A stretch of 24,000 nt of DNA, from assembly GCF_018219155.1 (NCBI RefSeq), contig NZ_CP056123.1:1101505-1125504 (forward strand), in the 5' to 3' direction. The DNA comes from Moritella sp. 24. GTDB lineage: Bacteria > Pseudomonadota > Gammaproteobacteria > Enterobacterales > Moritellaceae. A program made the translations under genes and the position numbers. The notes beneath the pieces are model-generated. The model searched no databases and had not been told where the DNA came from. It saw only the letters and a program-made list of their open reading frames with translations. Shown one piece after another: positions 22,742-24,000 of the stretch. How positions within the stretch are numbered: the first letter of the stretch is position 1; every line of letters begins with the position of its first letter.

Positions 22742-23902
22742 ATGACCAATTTAATTCAAAACGTAACGAATGCATTTAACTCAGTATTAAACTACGCACC
22801 AACTCATATTGTACAAGCACCTGGTCGTGTAAACTTGATTGGCGAGCACACAGATTATAATGATGGTTTTGTATTACCGTGTGCAATCAATTACCAAACA
22901 GTCGTTGCCGCAGCAACGCGTGATGACAATATTGTACGTGTGGTATCTGTTGATTATGGTAATGAAACGGATGAGTTTGATATTACGCAGCCTATTGAGT
23001 TTCAAGACAATAAAATGTGGGCGAATTACATTCGTGGCGTAGTAAAATGTTTGCTTGAACGTGGTTTTGAATTTAAAGGTGCTGACATTTCGGTATCAGG
23101 TAATGTGCCACAAGGCGCGGGATTAAGCTCATCTGCCGCGTTGGAAGTGGTTATCGGTCAAACATTTAAAGAGCTATACAATTTAGATATTAGCCAAGCC
23201 GAAGTGGCGTTAAACGGCCAGCAAGCTGAAAATGAATTTGTCGGTTGTAACTGCGGCATCATGGATCAAATGGTGTCTGCACAAGGCAATGAAAACCATG
23301 CCATGTTACTTGATTGCCGCAGCCTTGAAACGACAGCGGTATCAATGCCAGAAAATATGTCTGTGGTCATTATTAACTCGAACAAAAAACGTGGGCTGGT
23401 GGATTCTGAATACAATACACGTCGTGAACAATGTGAAGAAGCTGCGCGTATTTTTGGTGTGAAAGCACTACGTGATGTATCTATTGAGACATTCAATGCT
23501 AAAGAGCATGAACTGGATGAGATGGTTGCCAAGCGTGCGCGTCATGTGATCACCGAAAATGATCGTACCGAGGAAGCGGCTACAGTATTGGCGTCTGGTG
23601 ATATGAAACGCATGGCTGAATTGATGGCAGAATCACATGCGTCTATGCGTGATGATTTTGAAATCACGGTTATGGAAGTGGATACCTTAGTTAATATCGT
23701 GAAAGACGTTATTGGTATTGAAGGTGGCGTGCGTATGACTGGTGGTGGTTTTGGTGGTTGTATTGTTGCATTAGTGCCACCTGCATTGGTTGATTCTGTG
23801 CGTAGTGCAGTTGAAGAATTGTATGAACCAGCAACGGGCTTAAAAGAATCTATTTATGTGTGCCAAGCTAAAAATGGTGCTGGATTAGTATCAGCTGTAT
23901 AG
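22742..23902 (+). CDS. galK: Galactokinase
   Basis: The start is trimmed to ATG 22742, with GGAAGG 6-7 nt upstream. From there [49 protein letters not shown] aligns with the E. coli GalK N-terminus. It has the GHMP motif [14 protein letters not shown]; 386 aa. Confidence 0.95.
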   Translation: MTNLIQNVTNAFNSVLNYAPTHIVQAPGRVNLIGEHTDYNDGFVLPCAINYQTVVAAATRDDNIVRVVSVDYGNETDEFDITQPIEFQDNKMWANYIRGVVKCLLERGFEFKGADISVSGNVPQGAGLSSSAALEVVIGQTFKELYNLDISQAEVALNGQQAENEFVGCNCGIMDQMVSAQGNENHAMLLDCRSLETTAVSMPENMSVVIINSNKKRGLVDSEYNTRREQCEEAARIFGVKALRDVSIETFNAKEHELDEMVAKRARHVITENDRTEEAATVLASGDMKRMAELMAESHASMRDDFEITVMEVDTLVNIVKDVIGIEGGVRMTGGGFGGCIVALVPPALVDSVRSAVEELYEPATGLKESIYVCQAKNGAGLVSAV

Positions 23903-23918
23903 GCTTAGTTTCTGTGGT

Positions 23919-23942
23919 ATAGGCATAGGTATAGGTATAGGT
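23919..23942. repeat. Hexanucleotide tandem repeat (ATAGGY)x4 in the galK-galM spacer
   Basis: ATAGGC ATAGGT ATAGGT ATAGGT runs directly into an ATGATG start. A further GTATAGGC copy overlaps the galK stop at 23897-23904. Confidence 0.8.
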
Positions 23943-24000
23943 ATGATGATTGAACAATCAAGTTTGTTCGACAGCATGACAGCAGAGGCGGCTTTTGATG
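23943..24000 (+). CDS. galM: Probable 5' end of aldose 1-epimerase (galM), truncated by the window edge
   Basis: The open frame ATGATGATTGAA... (MMIEQSSLFDSMTAEAAFD) runs to the window end. The assignment rests on the usual galETKM gene order and a faint resemblance to GalM N-termini; 19 codons are too few to confirm it. Confidence 0.3.
   Translation, partial: MMIEQSSLFDSMTAEAAFD

Overview
This is a chromosomal window from an AT-rich gammaproteobacterium. The synteny looks enterobacterial/Vibrionales/Alteromonadales-like, but the taxon cannot be fixed from sequence alone.

**Left half (1-11.6 kb), housekeeping:**
- A Pat/PatZ-type protein acetyltransferase whose stop overlaps the start of a LysR regulator.
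- A LysE/RhtB exporter.
- A signal-peptide-less insulinase-like M16 peptidase.
- The conserved block sixA / smrB / prmB / aroC. It also holds two small unannotatable genes: a free-standing 65-aa ORF and an 88-aa tail-anchored ORF coupled to smrB.

**11.6-12.1 kb:** a visibly AT-richer orphan gene for a DNPH1/nucleoside-2-deoxyribosyltransferase-like protein, bracketed by terminators.

**Right half (12.2-24 kb), a galactoside-to-Leloir locus:**
- ebgR, then ebgA-ebgC (Ebg-type GH2 beta-galactosidase).
- Two tandem YgjI-like APC permease paralogs.
- Divergently, galE-galT-galK and the probable first codons of galM.

I saw no rRNA, tRNA, CRISPR array, transposase, integrase or recognisable defence operon. 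I do not see a convincing new multi-gene system.

**Most interesting signals:**
1. The conserved and here duplicated linkage of Ebg to APC-type permeases, with no sugar transporter present.
2. A recurring AT-rich operator-like motif in all three ebg-cluster control regions, plus a GalR-type operator before galE.
3. A well-formed Pho box in front of sixA.
4. The orphan N-glycosidase-like gene.
5. An unusual 143-nt structured spacer between galT and galK.

All homology statements come from reading the translations and recalling E. coli K-12 proteins. No searches were run.
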